A stretch of DNA of 64,000 bases from an uncultured virus (IMG/VR IMGVR_UViG_3300031539_000018) (Duplodnaviria; Heunggongvirae; Uroviricota; Caudoviricetes), in the IMG/VR virus record IMGVR_UViG_3300031539_000018, positions 1 through 64,000 of that record. One strand, given 5' to 3'. Position 1 is the stretch's first letter, and each line of letters opens with the position of its first letter. Under the pieces are notes generated by a model. It worked only from the letters and a program-made list of their open reading frames with translations, searched no databases and was not told where the DNA came from. Positions 1 through 9,540 of the stretch are shown here, in pieces. The position numbers and the translations under genes were made by a program.

Positions 1-10
1 CAAGTACGGT

Positions 11-400
11 GTGGAGCGTTGGACGTTCGCCACGGACAAGGTCGAAGGGTTTGCGACGGTGCGTTTCGAGATGGAGCCGGGCCGTTGGGTGCGGGTGACC
101 TTACGGGTCAGGGCTGATGAAGGGGCCGGTGCCGATATGAGGCGGAAGACTAAATGGCGGAACCTTTTGGGTTCATGGAATCTTCAGGTTGATGGCTATC
201 CTGGCGCACCCCATCCGATGAGCGGCCTGGTCAGCTTTGGGAGTGCCCTGTCCGCCAAGGCTACGAGTTCCTTCGAGGGGTTGTTGTCACTTGTCACCAC
301 GGGCTATCTCACGCAGAGCAAAGGGGCTTCTGTGGAGGTGTCCCGTCATGCCAATTGTAAGTGTGCAATTGTTGACGATGTGAAGGATGAGCTGGAGTAG
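11..400 (+). CDS. hypothetical protein (may start before the window)
   Basis: 129-aa ORF on the phage coding strand; no recognisable motif. Confidence 0.4.
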   Translation: MERWTFATDKVEGFATVRFEMEPGRWVRVTLRVRADEGAGADMRRKTKWRNLLGSWNLQVDGYPGAPHPMSGLVSFGSALSAKATSSFEGLLSLVTTGYLTQSKGASVEVSRHANCKCAIVDDVKDELE

Positions 401-414
401 TATTTGACCCCTAC

Positions 415-443
415 TTGACAAGCTGCTGGCTTTGTTGTATATT
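415..443 (+). promoter_or_regulatory. sigma70-type promoter
   Basis: TTGACA (415-420), 17 nt, TATATT (438-443). Confidence 0.75.
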
Positions 444-448
444 GATAG

Positions 449-548
449 TGCTACTGACAGCCACGGCTTTTTTGATTCAGAATAATAGGGGCCATGCGAG
501 AAGCCGGGCTAGTCAGTAGCAGACGGCAAGGCAAAGCGTGGCCCTTAT
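449..548 (+). ncRNA. putative structured leader RNA (hairpin + pseudoknot), copy 1
   Basis: Stem TGCTACTGAC 449-458 / GTCAGTAGCA 512-521; loop segment 485-497 complementary to 536-548; same architecture at 62317-62408. Confidence 0.55.
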
Positions 549-629
549 GATTGGGGGTGCGGGTAGCCCTCCGATGCCGTTGAGTCCTAAGGTCAACTTG
601 GCACCCGCATCCCCATGAAGGGAGCAACA

Positions 630-1334
630 ATGAATTCACTCTGCGAGTGTGGTTGTGGCGAGCGGGTGAGCAAGCCAGGGAACCGGTTTGTCCTTGGGCA
701 CAACTGGCGTGGAAAGAGTGGCCCTAATACCCCCAACTGGCAGGGCGGCAAAAGGGAACTGGCTTGCCTCTTCTGTGGCGAGACGATTCTTCGGAAGAGG
801 AATCAGGCCGGCAAGTATAGCAAGCACTTCTGCCACATAGTATGCCGTGCCCAGTGGCTATCGGAAAATCGGACTGGCCGCAGCAATCCTGCTTGGACAG
901 GTGGCCCAATCGAAGTGAACTGCGCCGTCTGCGGTGAGACCATCCTCCGGACGAAGTATCAAGCCGACAGGTGTAGCGACCACTTCTGCGATATGGCGTG
1001 CAAAGCCCAGTGGCTATCGGAAAACCTGATTGGCCCCAACACTCCCAACTGGCAGGGCGGCAAGTCTTTTGAGCCGTATGGACTGGGGTTCAATGACGCA
1101 CTGAGATTGGCTGTCCGAGAACGCGATGAGTTCACTTGCCAACTGTGCGCCGTGCGGGAGAATGGCCGGGCGCATGACTGCCACCACGCGGACTATGTGA
1201 AAGTGAACAACGATCCTGAGAATCTTACTACGCTGTGTCAGGACTGTCATCGGAGAACGAACTACAACCGGGCCTTTTGGACGAACCTATTTCAAGCGCA
1301 GGTGAAGTTGAATGAATGGAGCTACCGGACCTGA
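630..1334 (+). CDS. HNH homing endonuclease with repeated Cys-rich Zn-binding modules
   Basis: C-terminal RDEFTCQLC...HDCHHADY...N...NLTTLCQDCHRRTN HNH motif; N-terminal CECGCG and two CxxCG...HFCxxxC repeats; SD GGAG before ATG 630. Confidence 0.9.
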   Translation: MNSLCECGCGERVSKPGNRFVLGHNWRGKSGPNTPNWQGGKRELACLFCGETILRKRNQAGKYSKHFCHIVCRAQWLSENRTGRSNPAWTGGPIEVNCAVCGETILRTKYQADRCSDHFCDMACKAQWLSENLIGPNTPNWQGGKSFEPYGLGFNDALRLAVRERDEFTCQLCAVRENGRAHDCHHADYVKVNNDPENLTTLCQDCHRRTNYNRAFWTNLFQAQVKLNEWSYRT

Positions 1335-1447
1335 ATATAAGGGCGCGGTGAGGCCTCGGGTAGACTGGAACCCATGTGCCCCGTTGCCCCCGCGCCCTTA
1401 GAAATGTCGGTTCGATAGTTCAAGGTCATGGTGAATAGAATATAGAC

Positions 1448-1476
1448 TTGACAAACCCCTAAAGCTACTGTATACT
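1448..1476 (+). promoter_or_regulatory. sigma70-type promoter
   Basis: TTGACA (1448-1453), 17 nt, TATACT (1471-1476). Confidence 0.75.
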
Positions 1477-1544
1477 ATTACGGATATCCCTGTCTACCCG
1501 GACGATGGGTGGGCGGGGCTTTGTCGTATATGGGGAAGAATCAG

Positions 1545-1991
1545 ATGGGTGTTTATGAGGCAACACCGGTGTCAACGGAGATGCAGACTCGTGAATGGTT
1601 TGTAGCTCACATTGGACAATTTGACTATGACATCGTGAAGTCACAAGGGCCGTTCCCTGATTATGTGTTGAGAGATAAATTTGGGACTATGGTCCGGTGT
1701 GAGATTGAGTATGAAAGCAAGAACTTCATAGCACATCAGCATGACCCTAGGGATTGTGACTTGATAGTCTGTTGGATTCACAATGCGAATCTTCCCTTGT
1801 CAGTATTGGAACTATCTACCAAGAAATTATATAGGGCAAGTTTCATGCCAAGAAGAATACCAAATCACCAAAAGTTTCTGCAGTCACTAGCTATTGTGGG
1901 AAGTCCTGTCACTTCTTTTGACTATGCTTGTGCTAGGTTGAAACGGGCAAAACGCCAAGGTCTACGAGGTCTGCCAGAAATACTGGTTTGA
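1545..1991 (+). CDS. PD-(D/E)xK-like nuclease domain protein
   Basis: FPDY...RCEIEYES...HQHDPRDCDLIVCWIHN motif; AT-rich relative to the flanks. Confidence 0.65.
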   Translation: MGVYEATPVSTEMQTREWFVAHIGQFDYDIVKSQGPFPDYVLRDKFGTMVRCEIEYESKNFIAHQHDPRDCDLIVCWIHNANLPLSVLELSTKKLYRASFMPRRIPNHQKFLQSLAIVGSPVTSFDYACARLKRAKRQGLRGLPEILV

Positions 1992-2048
1992 GAATATCTG
2001 AATACACGTTGTATACAGGGTAGATGAACATCATAAAGGACTGAACCG

Positions 2049-2531
2049 ATGGCACATGATAAGCAAAGCCCATTCACCGTATCGAGGAAGGCCGTCATCG
2101 ACAAACGCAGGCAGATGATAGCGCAGCTCAGGCTGCGGGGTATGACGCAGCGTGAAATTGTGGAGAAGCTTCCTGCGCTTGAGATCATTAACCGGAAGAC
2201 GAATCGGCCCTATTCCCTGGGGATCATCAACAAGGACCTCCAGGTCATCCACGAGCAGTGGCGCACTGAGGCCGTGCAGGACATCGCGGAGCACGTGGCC
2301 CGCGTCTTGGCGGAGCTTCGTGAGGTCAAGCGGGCGGCATGGTCCGAGAAGGCGTTTGGGGACATCCTGAGAGCCATCGAGAAGGAGTGCAAGATACTCG
2401 GGATAGACAGCCCCGACAAGCAGATCATCCTCAATGCCGAGCTAGAGGAGTTCCTGTCTATGCTCCCGGAGGAGCACCAGAATGCAATCCGCAAGCTCAT
2501 CATCGCCAACCTTGGCGGAGGCGGCGCTTAG
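2049..2531 (+). CDS. terS: terminase small subunit (HTH)
   Basis: HTH-like LRLRGMTQREIVEKL; helical C-terminus; directly upstream of and overlapping terL. Confidence 0.75.
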   Translation: MAHDKQSPFTVSRKAVIDKRRQMIAQLRLRGMTQREIVEKLPALEIINRKTNRPYSLGIINKDLQVIHEQWRTEAVQDIAEHVARVLAELREVKRAAWSEKAFGDILRAIEKECKILGIDSPDKQIILNAELEEFLSMLPEEHQNAIRKLIIANLGGGGA

Positions 2532-4128
2532 GGGTCTGGACCCTGACGACTTTGCCAAGACGCTCGTGGGTTCCTTAGGGCATAAGTCTCAGGGACGTGT
2601 CCATGAGTGGGCCTTGCGCGGCACTCAGCAAAGTGCAGCGGACTGGGGTGAGCGGTACTTCTACATTGAGGACCCCTGCGACCCGGCTAGTGGGGACCCG
2701 CTCACACCCGGTCCCATTCAACTGATCCCCTTGCAGAAGGCGTTGCTCAAGGCGGCCTTGGACATCGACCTTGAGCTGGGTTACCGTTGGCAGAGCATCG
2801 TCTACAGCGCTACCAAGAAGTCGGGCAAATCCCGCCTTGCAGCCATGGTGGACGCCTGGGTGGCGGACCAGATGGGACCCTACGCCGAGGTGTACCTGGC
2901 GGCCAATGACGGGAAGCAGTCGGGGGACCGGCTGCTCAACTGCATCAAGCGCAGCATGGAGCTTAACCAGAAACTGGGTACGGGATTGCGTATGGCCCGG
3001 TGGCGCAAGCGGGGCGAGACCGTGGTGCTGCCTAACGGCTCCGTCATTGAGGCCATCCCGGTGGACCCCACGGGGCAGGCTGGGGCCAACCCCGCCTGCG
3101 TCACGTTCTCAGAGCTTTGGGGATACCGCCTGGAGCACAAGGCCCGGCTGTGGGCGGCCCTGACGCTATCGCCTACCAAGCGGGGCATGTCCTTCCGGTG
3201 GGTGGACACCTATGCAGGCTACGAGGGTGAGAGCGAAACCTTGGAGAACCTGTATGAGCAGGGCGTGAACCAGGGCCGCTACTGGGTGGACTGGGCGCGG
3301 GAGAGTCATTGGGTTGAGATGGGCAAGCCGGAGGAAAGGAAGCAACGGGAGCAGGTCATAGCTACCTTGGATCAGGACGAGATACCCCTGTTCGTTAACG
3401 AGGCCTCGCGCTTGTGGTGCTACTGGGAGACTGAGCCCCGGTTCCCCTGGCAGACCGAGGCATACTATCAGGAGCAGGCCGCGGCCCTCACGGACATGGA
3501 GTACCGCCGGGTGCACAAGAACGAGTGGGTCACCTCGGAGGATGTGTTCGTGCCTATTGAGTGGTGGAAGGGGTGCCAGGCCGATGAGTTCCCACCCTTG
3601 CAGCCAGGTGAGCAGGTGGTCCTGGGTGTGGACGCGGCGGTAAGCGGCGACTCATTTGCGGTGGTGGGCGTTACGAGGCACCCTGCGGCCCCTGAGACCC
3701 ACGTAGCGGTGCGCTACAGCCGGGTATGGTATCCGCCCAAGGGTGGCAAGCTGGACTTCGAGCCTATCGATCAGGAGATAAGGCGCTTCTGTGCGGAGCA
3801 TAAGGTGGTGGAGGTGGCCTTCGACCGCTGGCAGATGCACAAGATGGCTACGGACCAGGTCAAGGACTACGTGGCCCACTGGCGCGAGTTCAGTCAGCAG
3901 GGGGAGCGCCTGGAGGCCGATGTGCAGTTGTATCAGCTCATCCGGGCACGAGAGATAGTCCATGACGGGACACATGGGGAACTGACCCAACACATCGCCA
4001 ATGCTAACAGCAAGATGAGCAAGGAGGAGGAGACCCGGCTGCGGATCGTCAAGAGTAAACGGGGTAAAATTGATGCGTGTGTGGCCCTGAGCATGGCGGC
4101 GCACCGGTGTTTGTACCTGAACTTATAG
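2482..4128 (+). CDS. terL: terminase large subunit
   Basis: Q-motif LIPLQ; Walker A TKKSGKS; Walker B-like VTFSE; nuclease motifs LGVDAAVSGDS, FDRWQ, KIDACVALSMA. Confidence 0.93.
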   Translation: MQSASSSSPTLAEAALRGLDPDDFAKTLVGSLGHKSQGRVHEWALRGTQQSAADWGERYFYIEDPCDPASGDPLTPGPIQLIPLQKALLKAALDIDLELGYRWQSIVYSATKKSGKSRLAAMVDAWVADQMGPYAEVYLAANDGKQSGDRLLNCIKRSMELNQKLGTGLRMARWRKRGETVVLPNGSVIEAIPVDPTGQAGANPACVTFSELWGYRLEHKARLWAALTLSPTKRGMSFRWVDTYAGYEGESETLENLYEQGVNQGRYWVDWARESHWVEMGKPEERKQREQVIATLDQDEIPLFVNEASRLWCYWETEPRFPWQTEAYYQEQAAALTDMEYRRVHKNEWVTSEDVFVPIEWWKGCQADEFPPLQPGEQVVLGVDAAVSGDSFAVVGVTRHPAAPETHVAVRYSRVWYPPKGGKLDFEPIDQEIRRFCAEHKVVEVAFDRWQMHKMATDQVKDYVAHWREFSQQGERLEADVQLYQLIRAREIVHDGTHGELTQHIANANSKMSKEEETRLRIVKSKRGKIDACVALSMAAHRCLYLNL

Positions 4129-4192
4129 AATCGCACCCAGGCTACTGTGGCGCGTTCTAAGGCGTTTGTGGATAGAATAAGGGGTATCCCAC

Positions 4193-4750
4193 ATGCCTAA
4201 CACGGTAATCATTGCGGGCAGGAACTACACTGACCCAGACAGGCCAGCACAGGCTCCGCACATTGACGCGGATGGTACTGCGTATATCAGGACGCTGGGT
4301 CAGAGCGACGTGGTGATGCTGTCCGAACCAGCACTAGCGGCCGCCAGGGCGGGAACGGCATTCTGCCGCAAGGTGAACAGTAAAGCGGGCATCAATGGTG
4401 CGCCAACGGTGCTGACGGATGCGGGCCTGCTCAGGGCAACGACGGCGGGCTACAGGGACGTTATCACTTGCCTCTATGCCTATCTGAGCACATTCAGCGA
4501 TTCGTGTGAGTTTGAGATAGGTTACACGGTAAACGCGGATGGCACCGGGGCATTTACGGCGATGACGATGATGTTTGGTCTTGATACTGGCGCTGCCTCT
4601 TCGGTGCCTTCACCAAGCCTTACGATGCTTAGTCCACCCATTGTCATCACGCCAGCCATGGGCGGGGCATGGACCATCAGGGCACAGACCAATGATGTAG
4701 GTGCAACGGTGACGTTCGGCATGAACGGGTGGCGAGAACCTATCACCTAA
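4193..4750 (+). CDS. putative virion structural protein (beta-rich)
   Basis: Ala/Thr/Gly-rich ORF in the morphogenesis region; no family recognised. Confidence 0.5.
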   Translation: MPNTVIIAGRNYTDPDRPAQAPHIDADGTAYIRTLGQSDVVMLSEPALAAARAGTAFCRKVNSKAGINGAPTVLTDAGLLRATTAGYRDVITCLYAYLSTFSDSCEFEIGYTVNADGTGAFTAMTMMFGLDTGAASSVPSPSLTMLSPPIVITPAMGGAWTIRAQTNDVGATVTFGMNGWREPIT

Positions 4751-4819
4751 GAGGACTAATCCTTTGTCAGCAAAAGAAGCTGGCTAGAATCCTTTTGCGC
4801 AAAAGGAAGGGGACCTGAG

Positions 4820-5215
4820 ATGGCAAGGGTGGAGATAGCGGGGCGCGGCCAGGACAGTGCTACGCCCATCGGTGCTGTATTCAGTGAGCAGGGTATCATC
4901 ATCCCGCCTTATGATGACTTGGTTAGTTACGGACTGACCGATGTGCCTGCCGTCAACAAGGCGATATACACGCCCAGCGCCAGCTTCCGGTTCATCCCTC
5001 AGTTGGTCGTGATGTCCTGTGAGGGGGCGCAGGTCTTTACCTTCACTTGCGGGACCTGGCACATGACCATTTATATCTCTGGGCAGTCGGGGGGCACGGA
5101 GGTCGTTCCCTTCGTCGGTGGGGGCCTGCGGCTGGCTCGGCTGCCGTTGCTGTTGACCACGCCCAACGCGGTGAATCACTACGTGGGCTTTATGGGTAGG
5201 CAGGTGGCGGAATGA
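4820..5215 (+). CDS. putative virion protein, paralog A
   Basis: N-terminus MARVEIAGRGQDSATPIGAVF nearly identical to the next gene. Confidence 0.55.
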   Translation: MARVEIAGRGQDSATPIGAVFSEQGIIIPPYDDLVSYGLTDVPAVNKAIYTPSASFRFIPQLVVMSCEGAQVFTFTCGTWHMTIYISGQSGGTEVVPFVGGGLRLARLPLLLTTPNAVNHYVGFMGRQVAE

Positions 5216-5598
5216 CCAGGGTAGAGATAGCGGGTGCGGGCGTAGACAGTAGGACACCGGTAGGGGCCGTGTTCGGTGAGAGCGGGCGCATCGAGAAGCC
5301 CTACAGGCACTACCAGTGGGACCGGCAGGCCCTGGCCCAGACAGACAAACTACTGTGGGGACCTGCACCGGGCCAGTCCATCGTGCTCATGGGGCTGATA
5401 GCCTCCAGTGACACGGCCATGACCGTCACCTTTTACCTGGGCGTGCGGCGGCTGTACTTGGACCTGCCCGCTAACGGCGGGGCCAATATCCTGTTTCCTG
5501 GGGGCGGGCTGAAGCTGCCCACCGGGGAGCGGATTATCTACACTTCCTCAGCGGCGGGGAATCACGGGGTAGCCGCTTACGGCGATGAGGAGCCATAA
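5212..5598 (+). CDS. putative virion protein, paralog B
   Basis: MTRVEIAGAGVDSRTPVGAVF; shares GGGL(R/K)L and NHxV motifs with paralog A; ATGA overlap. Confidence 0.55.
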   Translation: MTRVEIAGAGVDSRTPVGAVFGESGRIEKPYRHYQWDRQALAQTDKLLWGPAPGQSIVLMGLIASSDTAMTVTFYLGVRRLYLDLPANGGANILFPGGGLKLPTGERIIYTSSAAGNHGVAAYGDEEP

Positions 5599-6336
5599 GT
5601 GCCTGAGTGGATGCGGAACAGGTTTTGGGGACCGAGTGGCAATGGGTTGCTGAACAACCTCATCGCCTACTGGCCTGGGAATGAGGTAGCGGGCAACGCA
5701 CTGGACCTCCACGTCAACGCCTTGCACCTTACTGATGTCAATACCGTCACAAGCAACCCTGGCCTGGTTTATCCGCTGGCAAGGCAGCATACAGCGGCGA
5801 CCAACGAATACTTTTGGAAGGTCGATGACCCCTTTCTTAGTACGGGGGATGTGGATTTTACCGCTGCGCAATGCCTATATATGGATTCCAAACCTGTTGC
5901 CAGCATGGCCTCCGCACAGAAATGGGATGGGGTAATGAACGAATGGCTAATGGGGTGGCAAGTGGCGTCCGACCGCTTTCGGTTCCGAGTTGTTGGAAAT
6001 GAAATAACGGCCAACTCATTCGGCGCACCGAATCTAGCGACATGGTATCTGGTGATAGGATGGTACGACTCGGTAGCGGACACCGCGAACGTTCAAGTGA
6101 ACAACGGAGTAGTGGATACGCTACCCGCCGTGGCTGCGCCAGCCGATACCGCAGCTAGGTTTGCAATAGGGTGTGTCAATCCGATTGCTGCACCTAGCCA
6201 ATATTGGGACGGTCGGATCGGCCCGACGATATTCTGGAAGAGCGCGGCTGGGGCAGGCGGGGTAAAAACGCCAGCGGAGCGGACGGCGCTTTGGAATGGC
6301 GGGGTTCCGTTACAATACACGGAGTTGACACTATGA
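5599..6336 (+). CDS. LamG/concanavalin A-like domain virion protein
   Basis: LIAYWPGNE...DFT...WYLVIGWYD...VQVNNG...FAIG...YWDGRIG...LWNGG pattern typical of LamG-like domains. Confidence 0.7.
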   Translation: MPEWMRNRFWGPSGNGLLNNLIAYWPGNEVAGNALDLHVNALHLTDVNTVTSNPGLVYPLARQHTAATNEYFWKVDDPFLSTGDVDFTAAQCLYMDSKPVASMASAQKWDGVMNEWLMGWQVASDRFRFRVVGNEITANSFGAPNLATWYLVIGWYDSVADTANVQVNNGVVDTLPAVAAPADTAARFAIGCVNPIAAPSQYWDGRIGPTIFWKSAAGAGGVKTPAERTALWNGGVPLQYTELTL

Positions 6337-6920
6337 TAGATGAACTGAGGGAATTGGTCTCGATGCTAGAGTCCAGTATGAAGCCAGCTGAGGTTGTTGC
6401 CTATCTCCGGGCTAGGTATCCCGAGAAGGAGATCAAGCTCGTACTTGATGGGCTACCCTATCATGTGGACACGGATGTCAGCGTAGACGAGCACGGCAAC
6501 AGGGCGTGTCACGCCTATGACATCAAAAACTACTACGATGGGGAGCTGGTAGGCAGGCTCCGCACGATTTGGACCTACTGGGACGCCGAGAGAAGCATCG
6601 TGCGGGATATGATCGTTGATGACGGCGTGGGCAGTATGCGGCGGACCATTGTCCACCATCGCCCGAACGGTGAGCCGGAATCGGTCGAGACGCTGGCGAT
6701 TGAATCGCAGCTGGAGAAGACCAGTGAGGTCTCCCCAGGCATCGAGGGGCTGCCAGAACCGATCATCGAGGCCATATTGGAGCCGGTTGTTGTAGAGCAA
6801 CCCGTCATGGCTGTGGAGGTCATACAGGAGCCAGCTATCATCGAGGTGCCACTGACCAGGTGGCAGCGGTTCAAGAAGCGGGCGGAAAAGATATTCTTCC
6901 TGCTGCCGGACGACGTATAA
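6333..6920 (+). CDS. hypothetical protein
   Basis: ATGA-coupled start with SD GGAG. Confidence 0.55.
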   Translation: MIDELRELVSMLESSMKPAEVVAYLRARYPEKEIKLVLDGLPYHVDTDVSVDEHGNRACHAYDIKNYYDGELVGRLRTIWTYWDAERSIVRDMIVDDGVGSMRRTIVHHRPNGEPESVETLAIESQLEKTSEVSPGIEGLPEPIIEAILEPVVVEQPVMAVEVIQEPAIIEVPLTRWQRFKKRAEKIFFLLPDDV

Positions 6921-6929
6921 GGGGAAGGC

Positions 6930-9191
6930 ATGGCTAAGAAGCACAAAGCAGCTACAAGGGTCAAGGACAAGGAACTAGCACTCCTAGACAAGGACGCTAA
7001 GGCGCTTCTGGAGTCTGAGAAGAAGCGCGGGGTTCCTGAGGACGTGGCGGCTGCAGCCAAGGCGTCTGTGAAGGAACCTGCCCCTACAGGCTGGGGCGGC
7101 AGCCAGGTGTTCCTGTTCCAGATGGCCCTCAGGGCGGATGAGGCCCCTATGTGGTGGACCGTGGAACGCGATGCGTGGCTGCGGTCATTCTGGAGCACTG
7201 CGCCATTCCTGCCGGGGGTCATCTATTCCATCGCCACCCGCAACGCCGCCTTCCGCTTTGAGTTCACCGGGCCGGATGCGCAGGTGCAGTACGCCAAGGA
7301 CCTCACAGCTCAGGCGGACCTTGGGGCGGGCTGGCAATCATTCATCATGAAGCTCACACAGGACCTCTTGACGCAGGACAATGGGGCCTTCATCGAGGTT
7401 ATCCGGCCTGCCAGGGTACGCACCGAGAAGGGGCTGCTCCAAGCGGTCAAGGCCCTGGACAAGGACGGAGAGATGTCCTGGCACAAGGTGTGGCGGAACC
7501 AGTTGCTTCCCATCGACCTGGAGGAGTACAAGATTGAGGACTCACAACAGGACCCGCCGCTGGGCATAGCGCACCTGGACGCGGGCCGCTGCCAGAGGAC
7601 GGGGGACATTGACTTCCCTGTGGTCTACAGGGACCGCAAGAATAAGAAGCACAAGTTGGCATGGTGGCAGGTCATCACCCTGGAGGACATGCCCAGCCCT
7701 ATCGAGGACATGAACGACGTGGGCTTCTGCGCGGTGTCCCGGATACTGAGGGCGGCGCAGATCCTACGGGACGTGTCAGTCTACAAGCAGGAGAAAATCA
7801 GTGGCCGCTTTGCGGGTTCCGTGTGGCTCACTAACGTGGATGCGACGCGCATCACGGACGCGGTGAAGCAGGCTAAGACCAATGCGGACCAGTTGGGGCT
7901 GTCGCGGTATATGCCGCCCATCATCGCATCGGTCCTAGACCCAAAGGCTGACCCGAAGGCGATAGAGCTCGCCCTGGCCTCACTACCTGACGGCTTCGAT
8001 GAGGAGATCGCCCTTCGTTGGTACATCACGGAGGTGGCCTTGGGTACGGGGGTGGACTACACCTACCTGGCACCGTTACCGGGACAGGGGTTGGGCACGG
8101 CGAGCCAGGTGGAGACCATGGCCCGGCAGACCAAGGGCAAGTCGTCCCGGCTGTTCATGGCCATGCTGGAGTTCAAGTTCAGGTATCACGGTCTGTTGCC
8201 GGGCGACGTGAGCATGGAGTTCGTAGAGGTGGACGCGGAGGAGGAGGAGACCCGTGACGCAGCGGCGGAACGCAGGGCCAAGACACGCAGCACCCGCATC
8301 CTGAGCGGTGAGATCAATCCTCAGATCGCCCGGCAGATTGCGGTGGATGATGGGGACCTGAACCCGGACTACCTGGACCAGATATCAGAGGAGGATGCTA
8401 CCCCGGAGCTTACAGAATCACCGGAGGAAGAGGCCACGGACGTGGGGGACATCACTGAGGAGTCTCAGGAGAAGGGCTTCTGGACGCGCCTCAAGGCCCT
8501 GGGGGACCGGTTACAGCTAAGGCGCAAGGGTTCCGGCTACGAGGACGCGGTGAACGCCTACGCGGAGCGCCTGGTTGCCGCGTACGATGAATGGGCCGAG
8601 AAGTGGGCTGGGCTTATCGCTAAGGCGGACCTGCTGAACCGGGACCTGCTCATCAGGCAGGCGGCCAACGAGATAGACGACATCATGCAGAAGATCGCAA
8701 AAGAGGGCTTGCCGGAGGCGTACCTGTTGGGTTCTGACCAGGATGAGGATATGGAGGACGAAATATCCCAGGGCGGCAGCCTTGCCATAGAGGCCTACAC
8801 GGACCGCAACCTGCGCTTCCTGGAGTTCAGCCTGAATCCCGACGTGCAGACCAAGCTCAAGGGGCTGGGTGATGAAGGGTTAAAGGATGCGGGGGCCGTG
8901 CTGAGCGTCCTGGGCACCTTTAGAGGCCGTGTGGCGACGTATGCGGGTCCGTACTGGGTGATGATATGGAAAGGTACGGAAGAGCGAGTCAAGACGCAGG
9001 GGCAGGCTCAAGGGCGTGTGATTAAGGTGACGCGGCACTCGGACAATCGGGCAGAGCACTGTGATACCTGCCCGCCCAAGGCTGGTGCGTACAAGTCCTG
9101 GGATGAGATGATCGCAGAGTGCGGCGGGGTCCCGGCGGATGGGTCGGACGATTGCGGTTGTAATTGCAGGTGCTGGATCGCGCTAGGATAG
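6930..9191 (+). CDS. portal protein with C-terminal minor head (Mu gpF/SPP1 gp7-like) extension
   Basis: DLLTQDNGAFIEVIR portal-like segment; acidic linker; C-terminal HCDTC...CGCNCRC; position in the head module. Confidence 0.8.
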   Translation: MAKKHKAATRVKDKELALLDKDAKALLESEKKRGVPEDVAAAAKASVKEPAPTGWGGSQVFLFQMALRADEAPMWWTVERDAWLRSFWSTAPFLPGVIYSIATRNAAFRFEFTGPDAQVQYAKDLTAQADLGAGWQSFIMKLTQDLLTQDNGAFIEVIRPARVRTEKGLLQAVKALDKDGEMSWHKVWRNQLLPIDLEEYKIEDSQQDPPLGIAHLDAGRCQRTGDIDFPVVYRDRKNKKHKLAWWQVITLEDMPSPIEDMNDVGFCAVSRILRAAQILRDVSVYKQEKISGRFAGSVWLTNVDATRITDAVKQAKTNADQLGLSRYMPPIIASVLDPKADPKAIELALASLPDGFDEEIALRWYITEVALGTGVDYTYLAPLPGQGLGTASQVETMARQTKGKSSRLFMAMLEFKFRYHGLLPGDVSMEFVEVDAEEEETRDAAAERRAKTRSTRILSGEINPQIARQIAVDDGDLNPDYLDQISEEDATPELTESPEEEATDVGDITEESQEKGFWTRLKALGDRLQLRRKGSGYEDAVNAYAERLVAAYDEWAEKWAGLIAKADLLNRDLLIRQAANEIDDIMQKIAKEGLPEAYLLGSDQDEDMEDEISQGGSLAIEAYTDRNLRFLEFSLNPDVQTKLKGLGDEGLKDAGAVLSVLGTFRGRVATYAGPYWVMIWKGTEERVKTQGQAQGRVIKVTRHSDNRAEHCDTCPPKAGAYKSWDEMIAECGGVPADGSDDCGCNCRCWIALG

Positions 9192-9204
9192 ATTGGAGGG
9201 CACA

Positions 9205-9540
9205 ATGGTTGCCGACAGCGTGAGGAGAAACGTGAGGAGAAAGAGATATGCGGTAGCAGCGCGTATGGTTGTATACCATACCATAGCCTATGGGTTGCTG
9301 CTGCCCCTAGCGGTGCTGACAGGCCTTCAGAAGATCTGGATACGGATCGCTGAGTGGGCATTCGGGTTGGTCGTCAGCCGGGAATATGCCGAGGACACAT
9401 ATCTGAGCTGGGTTCTTATTTGGCTGCGGGTAACGGGTTTCCGGGAGAACAAGCCTGGCATCCTTGGTTACATGCCACCAGGTCATAGCGTGTGGGACGT
9501 GTTGGATCAGTTTAAAGATCACTTTGGAGAGTTAACATGA
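9205..9540 (+). CDS. hypothetical membrane protein
   Basis: SD GGAGG; hydrophobic stretch. Confidence 0.45.
   Translation: MVADSVRRNVRRKRYAVAARMVVYHTIAYGLLLPLAVLTGLQKIWIRIAEWAFGLVVSREYAEDTYLSWVLIWLRVTGFRENKPGILGYMPPGHSVWDVLDQFKDHFGELT

Noticed and set aside
400..2048. Group I intron around the HNH gene
   Set aside because: No interrupted host gene and no recognisable intron core.
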